Positions 29,652 through 41,980 of a stretch of DNA of 64,000 bases are shown here, in pieces (the first letter of the stretch is position 1; each line of letters starts with the position of its first letter). The notes under the pieces were generated by a model. It saw only the letters and a program-made list of their open reading frames with translations, searched no databases and was not told the DNA's origin. Both the position numbers and the translations under genes were made by a program. Source of the stretch: an uncultured Fibrobacteria bacterium (GTDB lineage: Bacteria > Fibrobacterota > Fibrobacteria > UBA11236); the NCBI GenBank assembly GCA_963716395.1, contig OY970309.1, forward strand, positions 3,200,001-3,264,000, given 5' to 3'.

Positions 29652-31501
29652 ATGTCCAAAGCAGGTTCGCTACCCGCCTCCCGCTATTTGTGGATACTGG
29701 GTCCGAAACGGGATCTCCTGTTTTTTGTTTTAACTCCCTGTCTGATTTTCCCGGTTTTTCTGGCGACGCAAAACCGCATCGACAACCAAATCCTAGGTCT
29801 CTATGTATTGGGCTTGGGCGGGTTCGGGCACCATCTTCCCGGTTTTCTCCGCGCCTACGCCGATCACGATTTATACCGGCAATTCAAGTTCCGTTTCACC
29901 GTGGTTCCCATATGCTTGGTACTGCTGTGCGGACTTTACTCCTTCCTGAACCTGAACGCCTTGGTTTGTGCCACGGTGGCGTGGGGCACCTGGCATGGGG
30001 CCATGCAAATCAATGGGTTCGCGCGCATTTACGATTCCAAGGTCCAATCTTTTCGAGCCGCCACTGCGCGGCTGGACTGGTTGATGTGTCTGGCCTGGTT
30101 CGGGCTGGCCATTCTGCATTCGCCCACCAAGCAGTTTTCACTGATCACCCAATTCTATGTTTCGGGAGGCTTCTTGCTCGCGCCCGGCGCGTTGATATTT
30201 TCCGGCAGTTTTGGGACACGTTCACAATCGTGATCACCTTGCTTTTTGCGGTAAATGCCTTCCGCCAATGGAAATCCGGCACACCTCCCAGTCCCGTAAA
30301 ATTATTGACTTATGGCCACAAGTTTCGGGTTCTGGTGGTATTGCATGGTGAACATCCCTTATCTGATCCTGGGTGTGCTGATGTGGGAGATTTTCCACGA
30401 CGTACAATACGACGTTTTGGTTTGGCTTTTTCAGCGCCATCGGGTGGCGCAAAACATGCACGCAAGTCCAGTTGAGAAAATTCTTTTCACTCCGGGCTGG
30501 GAAAGGATCGTTCTCTATGCGTTGTTAATTCTGGGCTATGGTTATATCGGGGTGGTGACTTCCTTTTCCGACATCAATTTGCCCGAAAAAATCCTGATGG
30601 GTGGAGGCGCCGCCCAATGGCTATTGCGCATTTCCCTGGCGTCGGCCCTGCTGCACTTTTACTATGACGGATTCATCTGGCGGGTGCGCAACCGCGATAT
30701 CCGCCAGGGTCTCGGACTTCCAGGAAAAGGAAAAAGGCGCAACCGATGTTGGAGCGGCGTTTTCGCCCTCGCATCACATCGGAGGATTGGAAATGGATCT
30801 TTTTCCTGGTTCCGGTGGCTATTTGGCTTTGCCCAATACCACGGATGGAATCCGGATTTTGAATCCCAAGTCTTGAATCTGAGCCGCGCCATTCCCGACA
30901 GTTGGCTGGCCCACTTTCTGGCCGGCACCTATTACAAAGGGAAGGACCAATTCGGACCAAGCCGAAACTGAGTATCGCAGCACCGTGCAATATAATCCCG
31001 GCTTCGCCATCGGGGCATTTATTCCTGGCCGATTTATTCGACAAAAGACGGCGATGACACGGAAGCCCTGGAACAATACCGTGCAAGCCGTCGAATATCG
31101 ATCCCACGTGAAAAGGTGGCCCGGATCAACTTGGCCCAACTTGAACTTAAAAGCGGACCAGCCGCAACGCGGCCGAGAATCAATTCCAGGTGTTCTTGGC
31201 AATGGAACCCGAATAATCCCGATTTAAATTTCGGGATGGGTTCGGCATTGCTCGTTGCAGCATCGATTGGCCGAAGCAAAACCCTATTTGGAAAAAACTT
31301 TGCGGCTCGCACCGCAGTCATAGCGGCGCCTTGAATTATCTGGGCATCGTGAAAGAGATGAGCGGCGATCTTCCGGGAGCCATCGCTTTGTACCGAAAGT
31401 CTTTGGCTTCGGACTCGAATAATGCCAGCGCACGCCAGGATTTAACCGACGCTTTGGCTAAAATTTCTTCGGCTACCGAATCCAAACCTGCTCGACCCTA
31501 A
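29652..31501 (+). pseudogene. His-motif polytopic membrane protein with C-terminal TPRs, several frameshifts
   Basis: Pieces carry 'GHHLPGF', 'WHGAMQ', 'FHDVQY', 'LHFYYDG'; the C-terminal part has TPR-like helices in shifting frames. Confidence 0.55.
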
Positions 31502-31568
31502 CCGGCCTGAAATGAAAAATCGACCGGTTTTCGTTTTCTGAGCGCAAATTTTTCAACCTTAGATTTTT

Positions 31569-31584
31569 TGTGACCGGCGTCACC
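31569..31584. promoter_or_regulatory. CRP/FNR-family-like operator
   Basis: TGTGA-CCGGCG-TCACC is a 9/10 match to TGTGA-N6-TCACA, about 75 bp upstream of the Ig-repeat gene. Confidence 0.35.
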
Positions 31585-31656
31585 AGCCGGCGTAACCGAA
31601 TTTTTAACATTTCCGTCCAAGAGTTTTAATTCCGTTCCGCGGCGGAAGGATGGGGT

Positions 31657-34600
31657 ATGAAAATGTTGAGTGTGAAAAACCTTTCCCGATTAATCCTTTT
31701 GTCTACCCTGGCCTTTTTCGCCTGGACCTGCAACGTGTCGGATTCGGGCGGCGATACCATCTTGACCCTGACCGTGGGCGATTCCCTCAAAGCCGCGTCG
31801 GGGAAATACGACTCCATTCAAATCAAGGCGGCGGTGGTGAACGGCTCCGACACCACCTATCTGAAACTCGTGTTCCATGGCGCCTACAGCGATTCTTCGC
31901 AATTGCAAAACCTGAATCTCGGCCGGTTGCCCTCCAACGACTTCACCATCATTCTCGTCGGTTATAGCCAGGGCTCCACGGCTTTGGTGCTGGAATTGCC
32001 TTTCAGCAACGGCAAGGCCGGTACTCCCAAGCTCGACACCTTGATTGCGCCACCCGATACGACGCATCCCCAAAGTCAAAAGCTGCTGATGTGGCTGGCC
32101 CCGCCCGACAGCGGGACCTCCTTGTTTCATACCGTTGAGGGCAAGACGCTTTCTTTCCGGGTTATGGCCAAGGATTCCAACACCAAAGACAGCACGACTT
32201 TGCTGCAGATTCAGAATCTATTCCCCGCCGATTGCGGAGTCCCAAGCTATGACACCACCAGCGGAGCCTTCAGCTTCAAACCCGCCTTTGCCTGCGTGGA
32301 TTCGGGAGGCGGTTCGGTAAGCGCCGCTCTCAAGTTCTTGGCCAAAGACCAAAGCCATCCCCCGGTTTACGACACCTTGAGCGTATCGGTTCAAGTGCTC
32401 GACTTCAACAGCGCACCCAAGTGGAAAGTGGACACGGTCAGCCTTACCGGCAAACAGGGCAAAAACGTATCGCTGGCTCTCGACAGCCTGTATCTCGGCG
32501 ATGCCGAAGGCGACTCGGTGGCTTTCACCGCCTCGCTGGGGGTCATGACGCAAAACCCGCTTGCCTGGAGCTTCACCCCCTCGTTCTCGGATTCGGGCAT
32601 GAAAACCGTATCGCTCACAGCCGCCGATAACCATCACCCTCCGGCGTCATCTTCTTTGGCTCTTAAGCTCACCATCCAAGACTCGGTGCGCCCGTTTAAT
32701 GTCATTATCACGTCGCCGCAAAACGGCTATGTGACGCGCGACAGTGTCATCGCCGTGCGTTGGAGTGTGAACGGCGCGGTGCAAACCACCAATACCACCG
32801 AGCATTTGCTGGAAGGTCAAAACGGGGTGGTACGCAGCTACCATGACAACCTGACGAACGCGACGTATTCGGATTCCATCACGGTGACGCGCGACACGGT
32901 GCCGCCGAACAAACCGGTGGTAAGCGCCGTGTCGCCGACCAACAACCCTACGCCCACCTGGGCTTGGAAAACGGGCGGAGGCGGCGACGGTTATTTTCGC
33001 CATCGGCTCGACACGGCTTCCTTCGTCGATACGGTGGGAACGAAAGATTCCTCGTTCACGCCGTCCACCAATCTGGTTGCCGGAACCCATGTTCTCTATG
33101 TGGAAGAGCGCGATGATGCCGGCAATTGGTCGGCTCTGTCCGCCGACTCGGTGCGTATCATCTTGACCGGCCCGGTGGTGGTCATCACTTCCCCAGCCAA
33201 CAATTACGTGACCCGGCAAGCCAGTGTGTCGGTAGCTTGGACGGTGAATGGCATGGCGCAGACGCCAGTGATTAAGAGCCTGGTGGAAGGGCCGAATGTG
33301 CTCAAGGTGACGGGTCAGGATTCGGCCGGGAATCAAGGTTCGGATTCGATTACGGTAACACGGGATACGGTCCCGCCCAATAAGCCGGTGGTGACGGGTC
33401 CGGGGCTGACCAATAGTTTGAAGCCGACGTGGACCTGGCATAGCGGCGGCGGCAACGGCAGCGGGTATTACCGGTTCAAGCTGGATGATACCACGGCATT
33501 CACCGACACCTTGGGATTAAACGACAGTTCCTATACGCCGACCGCGAATCTTTCCAACGGAACCCACACCTTGTATGTGCAGGAACGCGACGCCGTGGGT
33601 AACTGGTCGGTGACAGGCAGCGGCGCCGCCAACGTGGATACCACGCATCCGGCCATCGCCATCACCTCGCCGCCCAACAATTACGTGACCCGGCAAACGA
33701 GCGTGACAGTAAGCTGGACTTTGAGCAATGTGGCGCAGACGCCGGTGATTAAGAACCTGGTGGAAGGGGCGAACACCCTGACCGTGTCGGGAGCGGATTC
33801 AGCGGGGAACAGTGTTTCCGCTTCAATTACGGTCACACGGGATACGGTACCACCCAACAAACCCGTAGTCACGGGTCCGGGGCTGACCAATAATCTGAAG
33901 CCGACGTGGACTTGGCATAGCGGCGGGGACAGCGGCAACGGGTATTACCGCTATAGGTTGGACACCGCGACCTTTACGGACACCACGGGCCTGGCGGACA
34001 GTTCCTATACTCCCGGCACCAACCTCAAACAAGGCCGACATGTGCTTTTCGTCGAAGAACGCGACGTCGCCGGCAATTGGTCGGCCATGGACAGCAGCGG
34101 TATCGCGCAAATCGATACGACCAAACCAGTGGTGAAAATCACATCGCCTGCGAACGGTTCTTCGACCAACGGAGTTACTAATTCCATAGCTGTCGCTTGG
34201 ACGGTAAACGGCGTAGCACAATCTCAAAATGTCACCCAGGACCTGACCGGTCAATCCGGGTCGGTGAAAATAATTCGCAGCGCCACCGATAGCCTCGGTA
34301 ACTACGGTGCCGATTCCGTGATCATTACCGTAGATCGAAGCATGCCGAATGCTCCGATTTTTACCAGCGCACCGAGCAACCCGACCCGAAGCACCACGCC
34401 GGAATGGGATTGGAAATCCGGAGGCGGTGGCGGAAATGGATCCTATCAATACATATTGGATGGAGCGCCGGCAGTTAGCACTACCGCGCTGAAGTTCACG
34501 GCAACCAGCGTGACAACCAGCACCACCGGCACAAACCATACATTTCAGGTGCGCGAGCAGAATAGCGTTGGTACCTGGTCGAATTGGGCGGATTCACTGG

Positions 34601-35959
34601 TAGTGGTTAAATCGGCCCCCGCAGCCCCAACTGTGACCGTGAATGCCCCGTTGACAAAGACCCCGTCATGGTCATGGAATACAGTAGCTGGTGGCGATAA
34701 TACCTATCAGTACCAATTGAATACCGGTTCCACTAGCGGTTCCTTTATCCCCATCAACGGTACTTCTTTTTCCCCGACATCAACATTAGCGGATGGCTCC
34801 TATACAGTTTGTGTGGAGGCTCATGATGCATTAGGTTATGGCCCATCGGGATGTAGTTCTCAAACAATTGTCGATAATACAACACCCACTCTTACGATTA
34901 CTGGACCAACGGGTCCGGCAAGTGTGTTTTCAGGTTCTCCAAGTGTAACCGGCACTTTCTCAGAAGCGAATGGACTCAAGTCTGCAACATATTCTTTAAA
35001 TAATGCCAGCCCCCCGGTTTCTTTTGGTACTCTACCCAGCGGAACAAGTGGGAATTGGTCGATTAATCCTTCATGGAGCGACGGTGGTAAGAATACTTTG
35101 TCTGTGACCCTAACCGACAATGCGAACAATTCCACAACTCAAAATATCACGGTATATAAATATTCCAATGTGGTTTTTGTGCGTAAAGGAGCGCCGGGTT
35201 CCGGTGAAAGGAATTCATGGCAAAATGCATTCGGACAATGACCCACGGCACTTGAAAGCCAAGGGCAAGTATGTCCGGGTTGCAAGTATTGGATAGGCTG
35301 TGGGCACCTACATCGCAGGTTCCGCGAATGGATTTGGAATAAGCACTTCTGCCCAACTATTCGGAGGATTTAGAGTGGAGGTTTGGGCACCGCAGATCAC
35401 GCAGAAAGTGCGAGTCTCATATCCCTACAATTTGACAGGGATATAATTAAGTTCACCAATAATGACGTCTACGTTTCTCGGGAACATTCGGCATACGATG
35501 GTTTTACACTGGTCTAATATCGAGGACCAATGGTTAAAATAGTTGGTAATTAACGACAACAACTGTTAATTGCACGTTAGCAAAATTGTAACATTACCCA
35601 ACTGAAGCGGCGCGAACTCCGCTCATATTATGGCTCGGGAACGATATTTGAAGTTCGTAATTTCTAATATTACAGGAAATATAAATGTGTCGTATGGGGC
35701 GATGGAATACAAGTGGTCACGAATAACAATTTCACATACTCAGATTGAAAACAATCAAACTCAAAATGGTGGAGGAATTAACATTGATGGTGGTGGAACA
35801 ACTTCACTTTATTTGAGCAATGTTGTGTTAACCGGGAATACTTACTGGGATGGAAACCAATATTCTCCTCGACAAATTGGATTATTTACTGTCCCCATGA
35901 CACTTAGTTATGAAACAACCTGTACAATCCAAGATGTCGGGAATACTGAGTATATTTAA
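31657..35959 (+). CDS. Large surface lipoprotein with tandem Ig-like repeats; C-terminal beta-helix-like region disrupted by frameshifts after ~35200
   Basis: Lipobox-like 'AWTC'; repeats 'ITSP..NYVTRQ...TRDTVPPNKPVV...PTWTW'; 'VVFVRKGA...SWQNAF' start of a C-terminal domain; fragment 35630-35959 'NQTQNGGGINI'. Confidence 0.7.
32700..34150 (+). repeat. Three intragenic ~477-bp (159-aa) tandem repeats
   Basis: AACAATTACGTGACCCGGCAA at 33199 and 33676; 'TRDTVPPNKPVV' occurs three times. Confidence 0.8.
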
Positions 35960-36201
35960 TCCATTTGTTGATATAATCAATGCGCTTCAATAAAAATTTT
36001 CAGAGAATTTATTCCTGCCCAAAACAAATATCGATTTTGGTGCATAATTTGAGTGGAAATTTTTATCCCTTAGTCGCACCCTCCTTAGGAGATTGCGGCC
36101 TTGAAAAACGGCTATACTCCGCAAGGCAACGGGAAATTACGGGATCGAAGCTCATACAGTCAGGCCAAGTCGACATGGGCGCTTACGAGCCATAACCCCC
36201 C

Positions 36202-38880
36202 ATGCCTAATCCCGCCCCCACCCCCGTTGACACCTTACCCTATCCGGCGCCTTGCTGCCGGGATTGCCAATGGAAACCCTGCCGTTACCTGGGTGGCAGC
36301 CCGCGCATACGGGGCTTTCACTACCTCGGCCCCTGGCCCAGGCTGCCGAAGGATTGCCCGGCCTGGCTGAAAAACCAGACACATCTGGATCTCGAAAAGG
36401 TTTTGCAACGGCTGAACCGCAACGAGTTGGAAGAGCTTTACCGCACCGGACCTCCCCGCGTCACGGGATATCCGCTCCGCCCCGAAGATTCTCCCCTTCA
36501 CCTTCTCGCCCACGAAATTCCCCATCACCGGGAATCGTGGCTGGTGGTCGCGCCCGGCTCGCATCTCGACCATGCCGTGCATGCCCTGTACTGGGCCTAT
36601 ACGCGCGCCTTGGCCCGCGCCAACCCTAAAAGGAAAAAGGTCGAGGATGTAGATGCAGCGGCGGCGCAAAGCAAGGAGGCAGAACCGGCGCTTTTGAACC
36701 CCGGTTTTGTAAGCATCGAGGATGAGAAAAAACCCGGCAGTCCCGAAACCACCATCACCGAGGCTGACATCGGAGAGGTGGTGCATCTCAAAGTGGATAC
36801 CCAAGGCTTGCAACCCGCCGATAACATATTGTTCCAGATATTCCTCAAGGGTGAGAACGGGCAGGCGGATGTTTTCATTGAAAACGTATTCGGCAACGCC
36901 GGTAAAACCAAATACGGAAGCGATTGGACCACGCGCGAAGATGACGCCGCCGCGGTGCATTACCATATCGGCGACGGTCATGCGGAAAGAAAATACCGGC
37001 CGGGAAAAGACACCCTCTACTTCATCGCCAAGGTAAAGTCAAAAGGGCTGGAGCAGAGAAGCGGTGCGCTGCAACTGACGAAGACCGAAGAAGCGATTCT
37101 GTATTATTGGCCCGGCGATGCGGATAATGAAGGTGAATATCTCCTGTTGGAAAAAAGCGATGACATCGACGACGTGATGACCGAAGCCGGAACCATGAAT
37201 TCAACTCGTGAAAAACTGATGGAAGCGCGTGCGGCTGCCGGCGTCGATGCCAAGGAAAAAGCCGACAAGGTTTCGGATGCGGCCGAAAAGATGGACTCTT
37301 TGTTGAACGAAGCCGCGCCCGATCCCGAAAAAGCCTTGCTGGAACTTTATCTGGTCAAAAAGGGTGCGCGAAAAGAAAAAAGTCTGAAAAGTCTGATTTA
37401 TATCCGTTCCCATCTCCGTAACGGCAAGCAAGCCCGAGGCCATTGGGCCAAAGAGCGCGACGCCACGGTGCGCAAGCAATTGGAGAAAGCCAAAAAAGAT
37501 GAGGACAAGCGTGTTTCTCAGGAATTTAAGGTCAAGCTTTGGGATTGGCATAAGGAAGAATCGGGATCCTGGTTACCGCACTGGAAATTTGCGCAGAAAA
37601 CCTTTTCATCGGAAAAACCGGCCCAGCCCGGCGAGCGGTTTTCCGGTGCGGCGGAAGCGCAATTCGCACGGTTTTATGCGGGCGCAAAAAGTTCCGCGGA
37701 TTTTGATCTGAAAGACGCCAAGGTCGATTTCGGCGGTTCCGCCGAAGTTTCGGTGTCTTTGGTGCAAGGCAAGGCCAAAGGCACCTGGCAATTACCCAAT
37801 GATCACGGCATCAATCTTTTTCCCAAATTCACCGGAACCGATAAAGCTGAAGCCGCAGCCGTGGGCAAGGAATTGCGACTGCGACTGGCGGTATCTTTGC
37901 AGGCCTATGGGTTCGTGGGAGTCTCGGCTTCAGCGGCCTTGCATTTTCCCAACTTGGATTTGGGCGGCAAAAAAGCCCCGCCTTTGCGTAAGCCTGCTTC
38001 CGATCCAAGCGGGAAATTCGACGCCAATGTTTCCGGCGACGGCCAAGCCTTTGCGGGGGCCTCAGCCGGCGGCGGCGTAGAACTGGATTTGCAATGGGGC
38101 AAAACCGCCCAGTTTTTCGACAGCCTCGGCGATATGGAATTTACCGCGGATGCCTGTTTTGGAGCGGGCGGTGCAATCGGATTTATGATCGGATTCAAAG
38201 ACGGCAAATTTCATATTGAAATGAAGGCTGGTTTGGTGACGGGGCTTGGTGCCAAGGGATTCGTGAACGTGGCCGTGAGTGCCGAAGAAATGCTGAAGAT
38301 ATTGGGCTATTGTTTTAAAAACGTAAATCACCATTATCTCGACAATGTGCAACCCGATGCCTTTGATAATTATGTGGCTTATGGGTTCTGGCTGGCGGTG
38401 AAATACGTTCCGGAATTGCGGGAGTCGTTCGAAGTGTTTACCGGAGCCTCGGCCTTCACCAATTGGCTGGAAACCACGGGAAGCAAAATTTTTGGTAAAA
38501 GCATAAATAAAGATCAGCTGCTTGAATCCCTGCTTCAAAACGACAAGGCACTGCATCAATGTGCACCGCAAACCCTGGGTCAGATTTTGCGGACCATTAT
38601 GGTGAGCCATGAGGATGGGGACGAAGACAAAATCATCCACGTGTTTTCTATTCCAGAATCGGATCATGAATTCAAATGGACGATTCGCTGGGCTTCGGGG
38701 TTGAAAGAGTTGGATCAAGCGGTGCGCATTAACAAACACGTGAGCGATGATTTGAAGAAGAGATCATTGGAAGCGGGGATGGCAAAACTGAAACATTAGA
38801 TCTTCGGAACAAGCAGAAAATATCCTCTGGAAATTTAAAAGACTTTTTGAGCAATAATGAGAATCTTTTAATGATGATTT
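36202..38880 (+). CDS. Putative polymorphic toxin, full-length copy (ORF track stops at 38799; true end probably ~38880)
   Basis: 865+ aa, no signal peptide, Cys-rich N-terminus, Gly/Ala-rich beta-strand region. Its 3' ~700 bp is duplicated downstream with variable tips, each followed by an immunity-type gene. Confidence 0.6.
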
Positions 38881-39701
38881 AACATGATTATAGCGATATA
38901 TTTTATATTGTATCTCAATGTGAATGAAACGGAAACTTGCTCAGAAGACAGTAAAAGAAGGTTTAGATAGCTTTTCTTCTTATGTCTGTCAAACAGCATT
39001 AATCTTAATGATGGGTCAGCACATTGGTTAAACCAAATATTTGATGACCAAGAAAGTGAATCGTATACGACATGGGATTTCAAAAGATTGGTATCAAAAT
39101 GGCGATTAAAATTGGAGCAATAATAGAAATACGTGACTCGGGTGTCACGATCGATACTGTTTTCGGTTTTCTATTCAATAATGACATTCAATGATAGAAC
39201 ATTACACCAAAACGCCTGTCAAAGGAAAATGGCCTAAGCCAACGCTTCGATTCAACCGGCGGATTGCTTTTTGAGGGCGAATTCAAAGACGGTGATCAAA
39301 TTGGGTTGCAAAAGGAATTCTGGCGCAAAGGCGTATTGAAAGATGAATCGTTTTACAACGATTCCCAAACTCGGGTGGATTGGGAAAAATCGTGGTATAT
39401 CAGCGGAAAATTAAGGCGAGATATGAAAATTAGTGGCGAGATAAAAGAAATCAAAAATTACGCCCCGAACGGAAAACTGGTTCAGCACACCCACGCCAAA
39501 GCGGCAGATGGGAATCTGATTACTGGCGAAAGTTTCGATCCCGACGGAAAACCCACGGGCAAGGTGACGCAGGGCAACGGCTCGCTGACCACCATTGGTT
39601 TCAACGATTCGACCCTGGTCATGTATTCGAAGTACAGCTATAACTACAAAGACGGGTGGCCGGGGAAGATGAAACAACTATTCCCGCCGCCGCCGAAATG
39701 A
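38871..39701 (+). pseudogene. MORN/YwqK-type immunity protein copy 1 (N-allele A, mid-allele X), 5' part frameshifted
   Basis: 5' DNA resembles 44692 onward; intact part 39264-39701 has 'EGEFKDG...KEFW...KSWYISGK'. Confidence 0.65.
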
Positions 39702-40438
39702 ATTCGCCGGATGCCTGTTTTGGAGCGGGCGGTGCAATCGGATTTATGATCGGATTCAAAGACGGCAAATTTCATATTGAAATGAAGGCTGGTTTGGTGA
39801 CGGGGCTTGGTGCCAAGGGATTCGTGAACGTGGCCGTGAGTGCCGAAGAAATGCTGAAGATATTGGGCTATTGTTTTAAAAACGTAAATCACCATTATCT
39901 CGACAATGTGCAACCCGATGCCTTTGATAATTATGTGGCTTATGGGTTCTGGCTGGCGGTGAAATACGTTCCGGAATTGCGGGAGTCGTTCGAAGTGTTT
40001 ACCGGAGCCTCGGCCTTCACCAATTGGCTGGAAACCACGGGAAGCAAAATTTTTGGTAAAAGCATAAATAAAGATCAGCTGCTTGAATCCCTGCTTCAAA
40101 ACGATAAGGCGCTGCATCAATGTGCACCGCAAACCCTGGGTCAAATTTTGCGGACCATTATGACTCAATATGAGAAAGGTGACGAAAATCAAATATTACA
40201 TGTATTATCAATTCCCGAATCCGCGCATGAATTCAAATGGACGATTCGCTGGGCTTCGGGTATGAAAGAGTTGGATCAAGCAGTGCGCATTAAAAGGCAT
40301 GTCGGTGACGATTTGAAAAATAAATCTTTGAAAATAGGTACTAAAGCATTACAAGATTTTGGAAAAGAATCCGAAAATTCGGAAACCTTTACGGATAGCT
40401 TGATCGATCTTTATCGTAATTGGAAGCTTTCTCTATGA
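39698..40438 (+). CDS. Orphan toxin C-terminal cassette 1 (tip allele B)
   Basis: ATG overlaps the upstream TGA; identical to the toxin from 'DACFGAGG' to 'LRTIM', then divergent. Confidence 0.75.
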   Translation: MNSPDACFGAGGAIGFMIGFKDGKFHIEMKAGLVTGLGAKGFVNVAVSAEEMLKILGYCFKNVNHHYLDNVQPDAFDNYVAYGFWLAVKYVPELRESFEVFTGASAFTNWLETTGSKIFGKSINKDQLLESLLQNDKALHQCAPQTLGQILRTIMTQYEKGDENQILHVLSIPESAHEFKWTIRWASGMKELDQAVRIKRHVGDDLKNKSLKIGTKALQDFGKESENSETFTDSLIDLYRNWKLSL

Positions 40439-41229
40439 TGAAAATCGCTCTCCCATTTTTGGCATTAACAACCACATTAATTGCTTCGGAAATATGCCGC
40501 GACAGTACAAAAATTGATAGTCTTTTCCGGATATGTATGAGAATTGATTCTCAAGATGGGTCCAAATATGTCGGCCATTACTTTGTTACTAAAAACCGTA
40601 AAATGTTACGAAATGGACTTTCGCAAGCTTGGTATAAAAGCGGACAATTAAAAGGGCGAGTATATTATCACTTCGGCTGCCCAACTGATACGGATTTCAG
40701 ATTTTATCCGGATGGAAAAATAGAGGAAATTACTCCGTATGTTTCTTGTAAAAGTCAAGGGATTTCCCAAAGCTTCGATTCAACCGGCGGATTGCTTTTT
40801 GAGGGCGAATTCAAAGACGGGAAAAAAGTCGGCTTGCAAAAAGAATTCTGGCGTAAAGGCGTACCCAAACATGAAATGTTTTATGATAGCTCAACTTTTA
40901 AGGCTAACGAGGAAAAGTCCTGGTACATCGACGGCAAATTGAGCGAAGAAATAAGCATCGAAAACGGCATCGAAGAGACAAGAGATTACGCCCCGAACGG
41001 AAAACTGGTTCAGCACACCCACGCCAAAGCGGCAGATGGGAATCTGATTACTGGCGAAAGTTTCGATCCCGACGGAAAACCCACGGGCAAGGTGACGCAG
41101 GGCAACGGCTCGCTGACCACCATTGGTTTCAACGATTCGACCCTGGTCATGTATTCGAAGTACAGCTATAACTACAAAGACGGGTGGCCGGGGAAGATGA
41201 AACAACTATTCCCGCCGCCGCCGAAATGA
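40435..41229 (+). CDS. MORN/YwqK-type immunity protein copy 2 (N-allele B, mid-allele Y) with signal peptide
   Basis: 'MMKIALPFLALTTTLIAS' signal; repeats 'WYKSGQLK', 'FYPDGKIE', 'WYIDGKL', 'YAPNGKL'. Confidence 0.8.
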   Translation: MMKIALPFLALTTTLIASEICRDSTKIDSLFRICMRIDSQDGSKYVGHYFVTKNRKMLRNGLSQAWYKSGQLKGRVYYHFGCPTDTDFRFYPDGKIEEITPYVSCKSQGISQSFDSTGGLLFEGEFKDGKKVGLQKEFWRKGVPKHEMFYDSSTFKANEEKSWYIDGKLSEEISIENGIEETRDYAPNGKLVQHTHAKAADGNLITGESFDPDGKPTGKVTQGNGSLTTIGFNDSTLVMYSKYSYNYKDGWPGKMKQLFPPPPK

Positions 41230-41980
41230 ATTCGCCGGATGCCTGTTTTGGAGCGGGCGGTGCAATCGGATTTATGATCGGATTCAAAGACGGCAAATTT
41301 CATATTGAAATGAAGGCTGGTTTGGTGACGGGGCTTGGTGCCAAGGGATTCGTGAACGTGGCCGCGAGTGCCGAAGAAATGCTGAAGATATTGGGCTATT
41401 GTTTTAAAAACGTAAATCACCATTATCTCGACAATGTGCAACCCGATGCCTTTGATAATTATGTGGCTTATGGGTTCTGGCTGGCGGTGAAATACGTTCC
41501 GGAATTGCGGGAGTCGTTCGAAGTGTTTACCGGAGCCTCGGCCTTCACCAATTGGCTGGAAACCACGGGAAGCAAAATTTTTGGGAATAACGCATACGAA
41601 AAAGGATTTAGCTGCTGGAATCTCTGCTCCAAAACGACAAGGCACTGCATCAATGTGCACCGCAAACCCTGGGTCAGATTTTGCGGACCATTATGACTCA
41701 ATATGAGAAAGGTGACGAAAATAAAATATTACATGTATTATCAATTCCCGAATCCGCGCATGAATTCAAATGGACGATTCGCTGGGCTTCGGGTATGAAA
41801 GAGTTGGATCAAGCAGTGCGCATTAACAGACATGTCGAGTGATGATTTGAAGAAGTAGATCATTAGAAAATAGGTAGCTAAAGCGATTACAAGGATTTAG
41901 CGATAAAGAATACGAAAATTCGGAAATCATTACGGATAGTTTGATGGATCGATTATCGTAATATGGAAGCTTTCACTATG
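41226..41980 (+). pseudogene. Orphan toxin C-terminal cassette 2, frameshifted after ~41585
   Basis: Same start as cassette 1; the 3' part reads as a mixture of tips A and B with indels. Confidence 0.65.

Noticed and set aside
26327-31501. Programmed frameshifting or phase variation in the split genes
   Set aside because: Breaks are scattered over many unrelated genes with no consistent slippery site or long tract; sequencing error is more parsimonious.
36202-38799. Rhs/YD-repeat, CdiA or VgrG/PAAR toxin assignment
   Set aside because: No YD repeats, DPxG cleavage motif, FHA repeats, VENN or PAAR motifs visible.
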